In this document: in pieces, positions 9,325 to 18,883 of the stretch | How the letters are laid out: every line of letters starts with the position of its first letter | How positions within the stretch are numbered: the stretch's first letter is position 1 | DNA from: Candidatus Eiseniibacteriota bacterium | Lineage (GTDB): Bacteria > Eisenbacteria > RBG-16-71-46 | NCBI GenBank assembly: GCA_963725865.1 | Contig: CAVSAC010000014.1 | Location: forward strand, 416,001-480,000 | Direction of reading: 5' to 3' | DNA: 64,000 nt | Notes under the pieces: model-generated | Databases searched by the model: none | What the model saw: only the letters and a program-made list of their open reading frames with translations | Told to the model about the DNA's origin: nothing | Program-made: the position numbers and the translations under genes

Positions 9325-10215
9325 GTGAAGCGAGTCCGTCCCACGTCCGCGCTTCGTCTCACGCGCGCCGGGCTGCTGGTCCTGGCGGCGGCCGCGCTGG
9401 GCGCGGTCGCGGCCCGCGCGGGAGGCCGCTGCGTCCGCACGCAGATGACGTCGCCCACGCTCGGCGATCGCGAACGCACCGTCCGCCTCTACCTGCCGCC
9501 CAGCTACGACCGCGCCGACGCGGCCGGGCGCCGCTATCCGGTCGTCTACCTGCTCCACGGCTGGCCGGGCTCCGACGGCAATTGGGTGACGATGGGCCAT
9601 GCCTGCGAGACCGCGGACTCGATGATCGCCGCGGGCGAGATGCCCGAGGTCATCCTGGTGTTCCCGAATGGCGCGGGCCCCGGGCTGCTCGGGCGTTCGT
9701 TGTGGATGGACTCCTACGACGGCAGGTGGCGCCTCGAGAGCTACCTGGCGCACGACCTGGTGGCGTGGACCGACTCGCTCTACCGCACCGTGCGCAGCGC
9801 CCGCGGCCGCGCGGTGATCGGGCTATCCGATGGCGGGACCGGCGCGTTCAACCTCGCATTCCGCCACCCCGAGGTCTTCGGCGGATGCGCCAGCCACAGC
9901 GGGGAGTTCCGCCTGCGGCGCAGCATGGGCGACGGCGGCGTGGTCGGCCCCGAGCCGGGTGCGACCGCGCTCCTGGCGCGCAACAGCCCCGCCGTTTACG
10001 TGGACGGCATCGTGGCGCGGGTGAAGACGCTGGATATCTACTTCGACTGTGGCAGCGGCGACGAGTCCATCGCCGACAACCGCGCGTTCCACGAGCAACT
10101 CGCCGCGCTCGGCGTGCCGCACGAGTTCCGCGAGTTCCCGGGCACGCACGATTGGACCTACTGGCGAGCCCACCTCCATCAGTCGCTGGCCGCGGTGACC
10201 CAGCACATGCGGTAG
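9325..10215 (+). CDS. Secreted alpha/beta hydrolase (putative esterase family)
   Basis: LYLPPSY, YPVVYLLHG, nucleophile elbow GLSDGG, FDCGSGD, FPGTHDWTYW; start codon uncertain. Confidence 0.88.
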   Translation: MKRVRPTSALRLTRAGLLVLAAAALGAVAARAGGRCVRTQMTSPTLGDRERTVRLYLPPSYDRADAAGRRYPVVYLLHGWPGSDGNWVTMGHACETADSMIAAGEMPEVILVFPNGAGPGLLGRSLWMDSYDGRWRLESYLAHDLVAWTDSLYRTVRSARGRAVIGLSDGGTGAFNLAFRHPEVFGGCASHSGEFRLRRSMGDGGVVGPEPGATALLARNSPAVYVDGIVARVKTLDIYFDCGSGDESIADNRAFHEQLAALGVPHEFREFPGTHDWTYWRAHLHQSLAAVTQHMR

Positions 10216-10229
10216 TGCCCGCTGCGGCT

Positions 10230-12126
10230 TCAGGCGCGCGCGTGCCTGGCCGGAACGTCGGCCGCCGCCATCATCTGGCTGAAGTAGCCGTCGACCGCGA
10301 GCAGCTCCTGCGGCGTGCCGTCCTGCTCGATGCGGCCACCGCGCAGCACCAGCACGCGGTCGACATCGGTGAGCATGCTGCGCCGGTGCGCGACCACCAC
10401 CGTCGTGCGACCGCTCGAGAGGATCTCGAGCGCCTCCTTCACCGCCTCCTCGGTCTTGAAGTCGAGGTTGGCGGTGGCCTCGTCGAGCACCAGCACCACC
10501 GGCCTCGCCACGAACGCGCGCGCCAGCAGGACGCGCTGCCGTTCGCCCATCGACAGCTCCACGCCGCGTTCGCCGATCGGCGTCGCCAGCCCGTCGGGCA
10601 ACCGCTGGAGCAACGGTTCGAGGCCGGCGAGCCGCGCCGCCTCGGCGACCTCGGCGTCGCTCGCTTCCTGGCGCGCGTAGCGGATGTTCTCCGCCACGGT
10701 CATGCGGAACAGCGTGCCGTCCGCCGCCACGCTGCGCACCGCCGCCCGCACCGACGACGGCGCGACCTCGTCGAGACGCTGGCCGTCGATGCGGACCACG
10801 CCCGAGTTGGGGTGGTAGAGGCCGGCCAGCAGGTCGGTGATCGTGGTCTTGCCAGCGCCCGAGGGGCCGACCAATCCGACGCGCTCCCCCGCGCGAATGC
10901 GGAACGTGACGCCCGTCCAGCACGCGCCGCTTCGGGGTGTAGCCGAACACCACGTCCTCGAACTCGATCGCGCCGCCGCGCGGCGCGAACGGCGGCCGGT
11001 CCTCGCCCGGCGCCTGCGGCGTCGCGAGCAGTCGCTGCGCGCGCTGGAGACTCGACAGGTGCTCCTGCAGCGAGGTGTACAGCTCGGTGAGGTTCTCGAT
11101 CGGCGAGTACACCTGGTCCAGGTAGGCCACGAACAGCACCACGTCGCCGGGGGTGAGCTGGTGCTGGAGCGCCTTGATGCCGCCGAGCAGCAGGGCGGCC
11201 GCCTTCGAGAAGGAGACGATGCTCTCCTGGACGAAGGTGTAGCGATTGAGCATGCGGGCGCGCTCGACGTAGGTCTCGAACGCGCGATCGCTGGCGGCAT
11301 CGAGCTGGCGCTCCTCCCAGCCCGAGGCGCCGTGGGTGATCACCGTCTTGATCCCGGCCACCGCCTGCTGGATGCGGCTCGAGACCTCGTCCCAGAGCCC
11401 GTAGTACTGCTCGAGCTGCGTCTCGAGGCGACGGGCCATGTGCCACGTCACCAGCGCGTACACCGGCACCGCGATGAAGGTCACGAGCGCGAGCGTGAGG
11501 TTGAGCGACGACATGATGGCGAGGATGGCGGCGAGCCGGAAGAAGTCGGGCCAGAACTCCTGCGCAAGCGCGGTGAAGACCGGCGCGACGTGGTCGCTCT
11601 GATCGATCTGCCGCGCCACCGCGCCGCTGGCGCGGCGCCCGAAGAAGTCGAGCGGCAATCGCAGCACGTGGTGGAACGTGCGCAGGATGTAGCCGCGCTC
11701 GAGATCGCTCGAGAGCCGCGTCGCGCGGTCGTCCCCACGCAGGCGGAACAACTCCGAGATCAGCCGCGTCACCAGCAGCAGGCAGGCGCCGAGGATGACG
11801 GTGGCGACCGCCTGCGGCGGAGTGCGCGGGGCGAGCCGCCGCGGCACCCCGGGCTCCGCGCGCAAGCGCTGGAGCGGGGCGCGGAAGATGTGCCGGCTGC
11901 TGCGCTCGAAGTGGCCGGCCGCCGAGCCCACGTGCTCGAAGAATCGCTCGGCCTCGGCCACCGGACGCGGGGCCACGAACACGCCGGCGATGTCGTCGAC
12001 GATGGCGCGGTAGATCCAGGGTTCGAACAGCGAAGCGGCGGTGCCGATCGACACCAGTACCGCCACCCACAGGAACCCGCGCAGGCGTCCGCGAGCGAGG
12101 GCGAGGATCGCGAGCAGCGAGCGCAT
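10230..12126 (-). CDS. ABC exporter (TMD + NBD) with a +1 frameshift near 10912-10914
   Basis: TMD in ORF 9823..12126 up to VVFGYTPKRRVLDG; the NBD continues in ORF 10230..11300 (GPSGAGKTT, LSMGERQR, LVLDEATANLD, AHR). One extra G (GAC GGG CGT vs GAC GGC GTC) explains the break. Confidence 0.85.
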
Positions 12127-12152
12127 GGGCGGCGGAACGCGGGCGGCGGGGC

Positions 12153-13112
12153 CTAGCCCGACGCCTCCTCGGGCTGCGGCCGCTCGTCGGGCGGTGGTGG
12201 CGGCGGCAGCCGCGCGATGCGTGCGCGAACCGCTCGCGCGGCGGCGGCCTCGCCCGCGGCCTCGAGCACGCGCGCGTACTCGGACAGCACGTCGGCGTCG
12301 CCGGGAGCGAGCTCGGCGGCGAGCGCGAGCTGCCGGCGCGCCTCGGCGGCGCGACCCGTCTGCTCGAGCAGCAGCGCCAGGTCGTATCGCGACATCGCGT
12401 CCAGCGAGTCGAGGGCGACCGCGCGACGGTACTCGGACTCGGCCTCCTGCAGCCGACCCTGGTCGCCGTAGAGATTGCCGAGGTGGATGTGCGGATCGTC
12501 GCTGGCTGGATCCAGCCGCGCGGCCTCGCGGAACGCGTCCTCGGCCTCGCGCGTACGGCCCGCGCCGACCAGGAACAATCCGTAGGAGCCGAGCGTGGCG
12601 GCGCGCGGCCGCCCGCGGCCCGCGCGCTTCTGCATCTGCAGTAGGTAGAGGAAGTCGCTCTCATGCAGCCCCTGCGGGTTCTTGAGCCCCCAGGTCGGAT
12701 CGGCGCTCACCTGTTCGACGCGCGCCTCGAGCCGCAGCTCCTCGATGTCGAGCCGCCGGTTCTCCGACAGCTCGAACGCCTTGCTGAACGACTCCTCGGC
12801 GAGCCGGTAGCGCCCGGCGTCCATGAAGTCGCGGCCGAGCTCGACGTAGCGCTGGATGACCTGCCGCGACTGGAGCCGGTCCCACTGGTCCTGCAGAGAA
12901 GGCAGGAAGAACGCGAGCAGCGTGACGGCGGCGCTCGCCGCGCCCGCGATCCAGGGCCGGATCCGCTTCCACGGCGAGGGCGAGCGGCGCGCCTCCAACT
13001 CCTCCACCAGCGCATCGAGCAGCAGCTCCCGCACGCGCGGCTCGTGGATGAGTTCGCGCAACGATTCCTCGTCCGGCGGCCCGGGAGGACGGGGCGGGGT
13101 GGTCTCGGCCAT
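12153..13112 (-). CDS. Membrane-anchored tetratricopeptide repeat protein
   Basis: One TM segment (WIAGAASAAVTLLAFFL) followed by TPR-like repeats (LGNLYGDQGRLQEAESEYRRAVALD). Confidence 0.82.
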   Translation of the reverse strand: MAETTPPRPPGPPDEESLRELIHEPRVRELLLDALVEELEARRSPSPWKRIRPWIAGAASAAVTLLAFFLPSLQDQWDRLQSRQVIQRYVELGRDFMDAGRYRLAEESFSKAFELSENRRLDIEELRLEARVEQVSADPTWGLKNPQGLHESDFLYLLQMQKRAGRGRPRAATLGSYGLFLVGAGRTREAEDAFREAARLDPASDDPHIHLGNLYGDQGRLQEAESEYRRAVALDSLDAMSRYDLALLLEQTGRAAEARRQLALAAELAPGDADVLSEYARVLEAAGEAAAARAVRARIARLPPPPPPDERPQPEEASG

Positions 13113-13235
13113 GCGCGGCGAGGATAGCACCGCCCATCGGTGGACGCGCGTCGATGCGCTGAAGCGCCACGCGGAGATCCGCGCCGCGCCGTCATCGAGA
13201 CCTGCTCCACCCGCGGCGCCGGGTCGTCTTCCGTT

Positions 13236-13898
13236 CTACGGCTTGATCCGGTACGGGAAGTTCCCCGCGACCTTCTTGAGCAGGGACTTCGTCATCGCCT
13301 CCACGGAGTTCGCGAGTCCGCCCTTGTCCGTATGGTCGTAGCTCCAGAGCAGCGCGCCGTCCGCACCGTTGTGCACGACCATGTTGATGTCGACCCGCTG
13401 CGTGCTGCCGCTGAACCCGAGCAAGAACGTCTGCGCCATCGCGGCGCCGGTGGACGTGGGCTGAGCCTGGTGGATCGTGCCCGAGACCAGCGCATCGACG
13501 CCGAGGACCTTCGCCACTTCGTCGCGCGTGTGCAGCGCGAGACTGTCTGCGGTGATTCCACTGCGGGCGAGGAGCACGTTCGTCTGGTCGACGTCCTGGA
13601 AGCCGACCCGATACTCCCCGTCCTGGGAACGCTGGAGGAACCGGGCGTAGAGCTGCTTCTGGAATTCGAGCCCCTCCTCCCGCTCGGACTTCTGGACCAT
13701 CTCGAGCGTCATCCCCTTCGGCAGCCGGGCGGTGTCGATCGTGACCTTGAACGGGAGGACGGCGATCGTCTTGTGGGCCTCGCTGAGCTCGGCGAAGCGG
13801 GGATTGAGGTATTGCTGCGCAGCGGCGAGTGCCAGCGCGGCGACGGCCACGACGGGGATTGCCGCCGTCAGCGGGACGATCCAGTGTCGGTTCGCCAT
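13236..13898 (-). CDS. Secreted hypothetical protein (TolB-N/CsgG-like alpha/beta motif)
   Basis: RBS AGGAGG, signal peptide, KTIAVLPF ... AKVLGVDALVSG ... DGALLWSY. Confidence 0.7.
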   Translation of the reverse strand: MANRHWIVPLTAAIPVVAVAALALAAAQQYLNPRFAELSEAHKTIAVLPFKVTIDTARLPKGMTLEMVQKSEREEGLEFQKQLYARFLQRSQDGEYRVGFQDVDQTNVLLARSGITADSLALHTRDEVAKVLGVDALVSGTIHQAQPTSTGAAMAQTFLLGFSGSTQRVDINMVVHNGADGALLWSYDHTDKGGLANSVEAMTKSLLKKVAGNFPYRIKP

Positions 13899-14177
13899 GG
13901 TGGAGCCTCCTGGTCCGGATCTGGGGACGAACGCGACCGGCGTCCCGTGTCCGGACGGCCGGCGAACGCGTGCAGCATCCAGTGCCGGAGTCCCGCCCGC
14001 AAGCCCGATCCCATCCTGCCGGCCGCGGCGCTCGGGGCCGACCGGTGCCGGTCGCGGCGAAGGGGCTCCGTTGCCGCGCGTCGGAGCGCTCCTCTATATT
14101 CCCCAGCCCGACCCCGAACGGGCTCGGCACGACCCCGCGACCCAGCCACTTCATGCCCTCCCAACGGTGAGACTTCC

Positions 14178-15167
14178 ATGGCCCAAGTGATCGACGTGCT
14201 CCTGCTGCTCGCGTTGCCCGCGTCCGGCAAGTCCGAGGTGCGGCGCTATCTCGCGAGTCTCACTCCCGAGCAGTGCCGCGACGAGTTGCACCTCGGACCC
14301 ACGGTCCAGCTCGACGACTACCCCTACGTGCACATGATGCGCCGCGTCAGCCAGGAGCTGCGCGCGCTGGGGCGCGACGGGGTGTTCTTCGACTCCGACG
14401 ACCTGCCCATGAAGGACGGCCGTGACTGGGGCATGCTGGTCGAGCTGATCAACGAGGACTTCGACGACCTGGTGCACCGCCGCAAGGCCGCGCCCGCCTC
14501 GGCCGCCACCTGGCTGCTCGACCGCTGCGATGTGGCTCGCGCAAAGAGCGGCGCCGAGGCCGCGTTCGCGAAGCTGCCGGCCGACGTGCGCGCGAAGCTG
14601 GTCGCGAAGCTCGAGCCCGAGGCGCGGGAGCTGGTGAGCGAGAAGAACGCCGGCATCCCCGACTCGCTCGCCGGGCGCACCGTGGTGATCGAGATGGCGC
14701 GCGGCGGCCCCGACCAGGCCGTGCCGCCGCTGCCCGCCCCGCTCGGGTACCAGTACACGCTCGCCACGCTCAGCGACGCCATCCTGTCGCACGCATCGAT
14801 CCTGTACGTGTGGGTGACGCCCGAGGAGTCGCGCCGCAAGAACACCGAGCGCGCCAAGCCCGGCCCGCAAGGCGACCAGTCGATCCTGCACCACGGGGTG
14901 CCGATGGCGGTCATGCTGGGCGACTACGGCACCGACGACATGGACTACCTGATCCAGACGAGCGGCAAGCCCGACACCGTGAAGGTGGTCACGCGCGGCA
15001 ACACGTTCATGATCCCGGTCGGACGGTTCGACAACCGCGTCGACAAGACCACGTTCGTGCGCGAGGACCGCGCGCACTGGCCGTCCGCGAACGTGAAGGC
15101 GCTGCACGAGGGTCTCGCGGGCGCGCTCGCTGCCATCGCGCGCGCCGGGGCGCCGATGAAAGACTGA
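14178..15167 (+). CDS. Hypothetical P-loop (kinase-like) protein
   Basis: N-terminal Walker-A-like LALPASGKSE, VVIEMARGG, ILYVWVTPEESRRKN; typical high-GC codon usage. Confidence 0.7.
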   Translation: MAQVIDVLLLLALPASGKSEVRRYLASLTPEQCRDELHLGPTVQLDDYPYVHMMRRVSQELRALGRDGVFFDSDDLPMKDGRDWGMLVELINEDFDDLVHRRKAAPASAATWLLDRCDVARAKSGAEAAFAKLPADVRAKLVAKLEPEARELVSEKNAGIPDSLAGRTVVIEMARGGPDQAVPPLPAPLGYQYTLATLSDAILSHASILYVWVTPEESRRKNTERAKPGPQGDQSILHHGVPMAVMLGDYGTDDMDYLIQTSGKPDTVKVVTRGNTFMIPVGRFDNRVDKTTFVREDRAHWPSANVKALHEGLAGALAAIARAGAPMKD

Positions 15168-15213
15168 CGGGCGCCCCACTCCCGGCACTACAGCGCTACG
15201 CCCGTCGGCGCGC

Positions 15214-15639
15214 TCACCGCGCGCGCAGCGAGGCGATCAGCGCGGCGCCGGTGAGGGCGAGGTTCTCGAGCAGCTTCTTCGCTCCCACCCGGGTGGCGTC
15301 GGCGGTGCCGAAGCAGCCGCATTCGAAGTCGAGATGCCGCGCCATCGCGGACGCCACCATGATCGTGAACGCCGCCATCATCGCGGCGGCGAGCCACGCG
15401 CCCGAGCGCGGCCGCACCTGCAGCACCAGCGCGAGCCCGGTGAGCAGTTCGACCCACGGCAGCAGCACCGCGACCAGGTTCTCGAGGGCCACCGGCGCGA
15501 TCCGGAAATGGTGGATCTGGGTGGCGAAGGAGCCCGGGTCGCCGATCTTGGCGAGCGCGGCGGCGATGAACACCACGCCGACCGCGATGCGGCAGAGCCC
15601 GACCAGCCACGGCGAGGTCAGCACGCGCGGGGCGCCCAT
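15214..15639 (-). CDS. MauE/DoxX family membrane protein
   Basis: RIAVGVVFIAAALAKIGDP, LPWVELLTG, CGCFG. Confidence 0.88.
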   Translation of the reverse strand: MGAPRVLTSPWLVGLCRIAVGVVFIAAALAKIGDPGSFATQIHHFRIAPVALENLVAVLLPWVELLTGLALVLQVRPRSGAWLAAAMMAAFTIMVASAMARHLDFECGCFGTADATRVGAKKLLENLALTGAALIASLRAR

Positions 15640-16559
15640 CACCGACCTCCCGCGGATGCGCCGGTGGCCACCGGGTAGCCGGCGCGCTGCCACTCGGGGA
15701 AGCCGCCCTCGTACACCAGCACGCGCTTGCGCCCGTTCTCGATCATCAGCCTGGCCAGGTCCATCGACGCCTCGCACGCCCCGCCGCTGCAGTACACGAC
15801 GATCGGCCGCCCCGCTTCGCCCATGCGCTGCATGCGCTCGGGCTCGGCCAGCGCGTCGTTGTACGGCAGGCTGAGCGCGCCGACGATGTGCCCCTCGGCA
15901 TACTCGTCCGCCTCGCGCGCGTCCACCACCAGCACCGCGCCCGCGTCGTAGAGCTGCTTGAGCATCGTCATCTGGAGCTTGATGGGCTTGCCGAGATCGG
16001 GGATCACGGGCAACTCGGCCGCGGGCGCCGCCGGCGCGGCCGCGCCGGGTGCCGTCGGCGCGTTCGCGGGCGCCGGAGCGGCGGTCGATGCGGGCGCCGA
16101 GCCGCCGGGCGCGGGCCCGGTGCCCGTGGGCGCGGGTCGCACCGCCGGGTTCGGCACCGTGGATCCCGCATGCCCAGGTGCGCCCGAAGGCGATGCGACG
16201 GTCGACGGCGAGGGCGCGCCGGAGCCATTCGCGCCCGACCGCACCGGCCCCCCGCCGGGCGACACGACGCTCGCGCCCGGCGAGGCGACGCTCGCACCGG
16301 GCGACACGATGCTCGCGCCCGACGGTGGCGCGGCCGCGCGGGCCACGCTGTCGGCCCCCGCGGCCGGGGTGGCGGGCTGCAGCGATTCCAGGCTCGCCAC
16401 CTCTTCGGCGTGCTTCACCCACGCGAGACCGTGCTTCGGATGGCTGGCGAGTCCGATCGAGTTGTACAGCGCCCCGAGGGCGAGGCCCGCCGCGACGATG
16501 AGGATCGCGCCGCGGAGGGTCGCAGAAGTACCCGGGTCGTTTCCGAGATCGTTGGTCAT
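15639..16559 (-). CDS. Membrane-anchored rhodanese-domain protein with Pro/Ala/Ser linker
   Basis: N-terminal TM; VDAR..EYAEGHIVGA, IVVYCSGGAC, YEGGFPEW. Confidence 0.88.
   Translation of the reverse strand: MTNDLGNDPGTSATLRGAILIVAAGLALGALYNSIGLASHPKHGLAWVKHAEEVASLESLQPATPAAGADSVARAAAPPSGASIVSPGASVASPGASVVSPGGGPVRSGANGSGAPSPSTVASPSGAPGHAGSTVPNPAVRPAPTGTGPAPGGSAPASTAAPAPANAPTAPGAAAPAAPAAELPVIPDLGKPIKLQMTMLKQLYDAGAVLVVDAREADEYAEGHIVGALSLPYNDALAEPERMQRMGEAGRPIVVYCSGGACEASMDLARLMIENGRKRVLVYEGGFPEWQRAGYPVATGASAGGR
16255..16317. repeat. 3 x 21-bp imperfect in-frame tandem repeat encoding (ASxxSPG)3
   Basis: ccgggcgacacgacgctcgcg / cccggcgaggcgacgctcgca / ccgggcgacacgatgctcgcg. Confidence 0.85.
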
Positions 16560-16581
16560 GGGGTCCTCTGGACTCGCGGGC

Positions 16582-17547
16582 TCAGCCCGCGAGCATCACC
16601 ATGAGCGCCTTCTGCGCGTGGAGTCGGTTCTCGGCCTGGTCGATGAGCGCGGAGTTCGGCGTGCGCGACGTCGCGTAGTCGATCTCCTCGCCGTAGTGCG
16701 CCGGCAGGCAGTGCAGGATCACCGCGTCGCGCTGCGCGAGCTTCATGAGGCCGTCGTTCACCTGGTAGCCCTGAAAGTCGCGCAGGCGCTTCTTGGTCTC
16801 GGCCTCCTGCCCCATGCTGGTCCACACGTCGGTGTAGACGACGTCGGCGCCCTTCACGGCCGCGCGTGGATCGTTCATCACGCGCAGCGTCGCGCCGCTC
16901 GCCTTCGCGACGTTCTGCGCGTCGGCCAGCAGCGCCTTCGGCGGCTCGTAGCCCTTCGGGCAGGCGACCGTCACGTCCATCCCGAGCAGGGCGCCGCCGT
17001 AAAGCAGCGAGTTCGCGACGTTGTTGCCGTCGCCCACGAACACCGTGCGGAGTCCGTCGACGCGGCCCTTGCGCTCGATGATGGTGAGCAGGTCGCCGAG
17101 GATCTGGCAGGGGTGCTCGCGGTCCGACAGTCCGTTGATGACCGGCACCGTCGCCCACTTCGCCAGCTCGACCACGATGTCGTGTCCGAACACGCGCGCC
17201 ATGATCAGGTCGGCCATCCGCGACAGCACCAGCGCGATGTCCTCGGTGGTCTCGCGGGCGCCGAGCTTGATGTCGTCGGGACCCAGGTAGATGGCGTGGC
17301 CGCCCAGCTGCGACATGCCCGCCTCGAACGAGACGCGGGTCCGCAGCGAGGGCTTCTGGAAGATCATCGCCAGGGTCTGGCCGGCGAGGTGCGCGTGCTT
17401 GCGGCCGCGCGCGCGGTCGCGCTTGAGGTCGAGCGCCAGTCGCAGCAGGTCGAGTGTCTCGCCCGCGGACAGACTGGTGGTGGAGAGGTAGTGGCGGGGC
17501 AATGGCTGGGCCACGGCGGAGCGCGGCCGTTTCTTCGTCGTCGGCAT
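16582..17547 (-). CDS. argF: Ornithine carbamoyltransferase
   Basis: FQKPSLRTR, HPCQ, VGDGNNV, YTDVWTSMG, HCLP, DQAENRLHAQKA. Confidence 0.95.
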   Translation of the reverse strand: MPTTKKRPRSAVAQPLPRHYLSTTSLSAGETLDLLRLALDLKRDRARGRKHAHLAGQTLAMIFQKPSLRTRVSFEAGMSQLGGHAIYLGPDDIKLGARETTEDIALVLSRMADLIMARVFGHDIVVELAKWATVPVINGLSDREHPCQILGDLLTIIERKGRVDGLRTVFVGDGNNVANSLLYGGALLGMDVTVACPKGYEPPKALLADAQNVAKASGATLRVMNDPRAAVKGADVVYTDVWTSMGQEAETKKRLRDFQGYQVNDGLMKLAQRDAVILHCLPAHYGEEIDYATSRTPNSALIDQAENRLHAQKALMVMLAG

Positions 17548-17639
17548 GGATTCGATTCCCGTCGATGGGGCGCCGGGCGCGGCCCGGCGCGCGTGGCGCG
17601 CCGCGCGAGGCCGAGGCCCCGCGCGGCGCACGCGAGCGT

Positions 17640-18875
17640 TCAGGCGAGCACGCGGGCGATGCGCTCGTACGCCCAGTCCAGGTCCTTGCTCTCGATGACG
17701 AGCGGCGGCGCGATGCGCAGCACGCTCTCCACCGTATCCTTGCACAGGACGCCTTCGTCCTTCAGCCGTTTCGCGTACTGCCTGGCGGGACCGGCCTCGG
17801 GTCTCAGCTCGATGCCGATCAGCAGGCCCTTGCCGCGGACCTCCTTCACCTTCGACGACGCCATGGCCCTCAGTCGTTGCATGAAGGCCTCGCCGAGCGC
17901 CGCGGCGCGCTCCGGCAGGCGCTCGCGCACCAGCAGCTCGAGCGCCTTGCGCGCCACCGCGCAGCCCAGCGGATTGCCGCCGAACGTGCTGCCGTGGTCG
18001 CCGGGCTGGAACACCCCGAGCACCTCGCGCGAGGCGAGCACCGCGGAGACCGGCATCATGCCGCCGCCGAGCGCCTTGCCCAGGATCAGCACGTCGGGCT
18101 TCACGCCCTCGTGGTCGCATGCGAACATCCGTCCGGTGCGGCCGAGCCCGGTCTGGATCTCGTCGGCGATGAACAGCACGCGGTGCTTCGCGCACAGCTC
18201 CTTCGCCGCCTTCAGGTATCCGGCCGGCGGCACCAGGATGCCGCCCTCGCCCTGGATCGGCTCGACCAGGAAGCCCACCGTGTTCGGTCCGATCGCCGCC
18301 TCGAGCGCGTTCAGGTCGCCGTACGGCACCAGCGGGAATCCGGGCGTGAACGGCCCGAACCCGTCGCGGTACTGCGCGTCGTCGGAGAACGACACGATGG
18401 TGACCGTGCGGCCGTGGAAGTTCCCGAGGCAGCAGATGATCTCGGCCTTGCCGTCGGGCACGCCCTTGACCTGGTAGCCCCACTTGCGCGCGGTCTTGAT
18501 CGCGGTCTCGACGCCCTCGGCGCCGGTGTTCATGGGCAGCACCAGGTCCTGCCCGCACAGCGCGGTGATCTCCTGGCAGAACGGTCCGAACTGGTCGTTC
18601 TGGAACGCGCGCGAGGTGAGCGAGAGCCGCTGCGCCTGTTCGACGAACGTGGCGACGATCTCGGGATGGCCGTGGCCGAAGTTGAGCGCCGAGTACGCGC
18701 TCAGCATGTCGAGGTAGCGATGCCCCTCGACGTCCTCCACCCACGCGCCGTGTCCCTTCGCGATGACCACGGGCAGCGGCGCATAGTTGCGGGCGCTGTA
18801 GCGGTCGATCAGCTCGTTGTGGCGGCGGGTGGCCGTGCCCGGCTCGTGTCCCGCCGCGGTGATGTCGGGCTGCAT
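17640..18875 (-). CDS. rocD: Ornithine aminotransferase
   Basis: YSARNYAPLPVV, YLDMLSAYSALNFGHGHP, LTSRAF, EPIQGEGG, DEIQTGLGRTG, GKALGGG. Confidence 0.95.
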   Translation of the reverse strand: MQPDITAAGHEPGTATRRHNELIDRYSARNYAPLPVVIAKGHGAWVEDVEGHRYLDMLSAYSALNFGHGHPEIVATFVEQAQRLSLTSRAFQNDQFGPFCQEITALCGQDLVLPMNTGAEGVETAIKTARKWGYQVKGVPDGKAEIICCLGNFHGRTVTIVSFSDDAQYRDGFGPFTPGFPLVPYGDLNALEAAIGPNTVGFLVEPIQGEGGILVPPAGYLKAAKELCAKHRVLFIADEIQTGLGRTGRMFACDHEGVKPDVLILGKALGGGMMPVSAVLASREVLGVFQPGDHGSTFGGNPLGCAVARKALELLVRERLPERAAALGEAFMQRLRAMASSKVKEVRGKGLLIGIELRPEAGPARQYAKRLKDEGVLCKDTVESVLRIAPPLVIESKDLDWAYERIARVLA

Positions 18876-18883
18876 GGCGCCTC

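Noticed and set aside
16255..16317. Short repeats as a CRISPR array
   Set aside because: In-frame coding tandem repeat with no spacers; no cas genes in the window.
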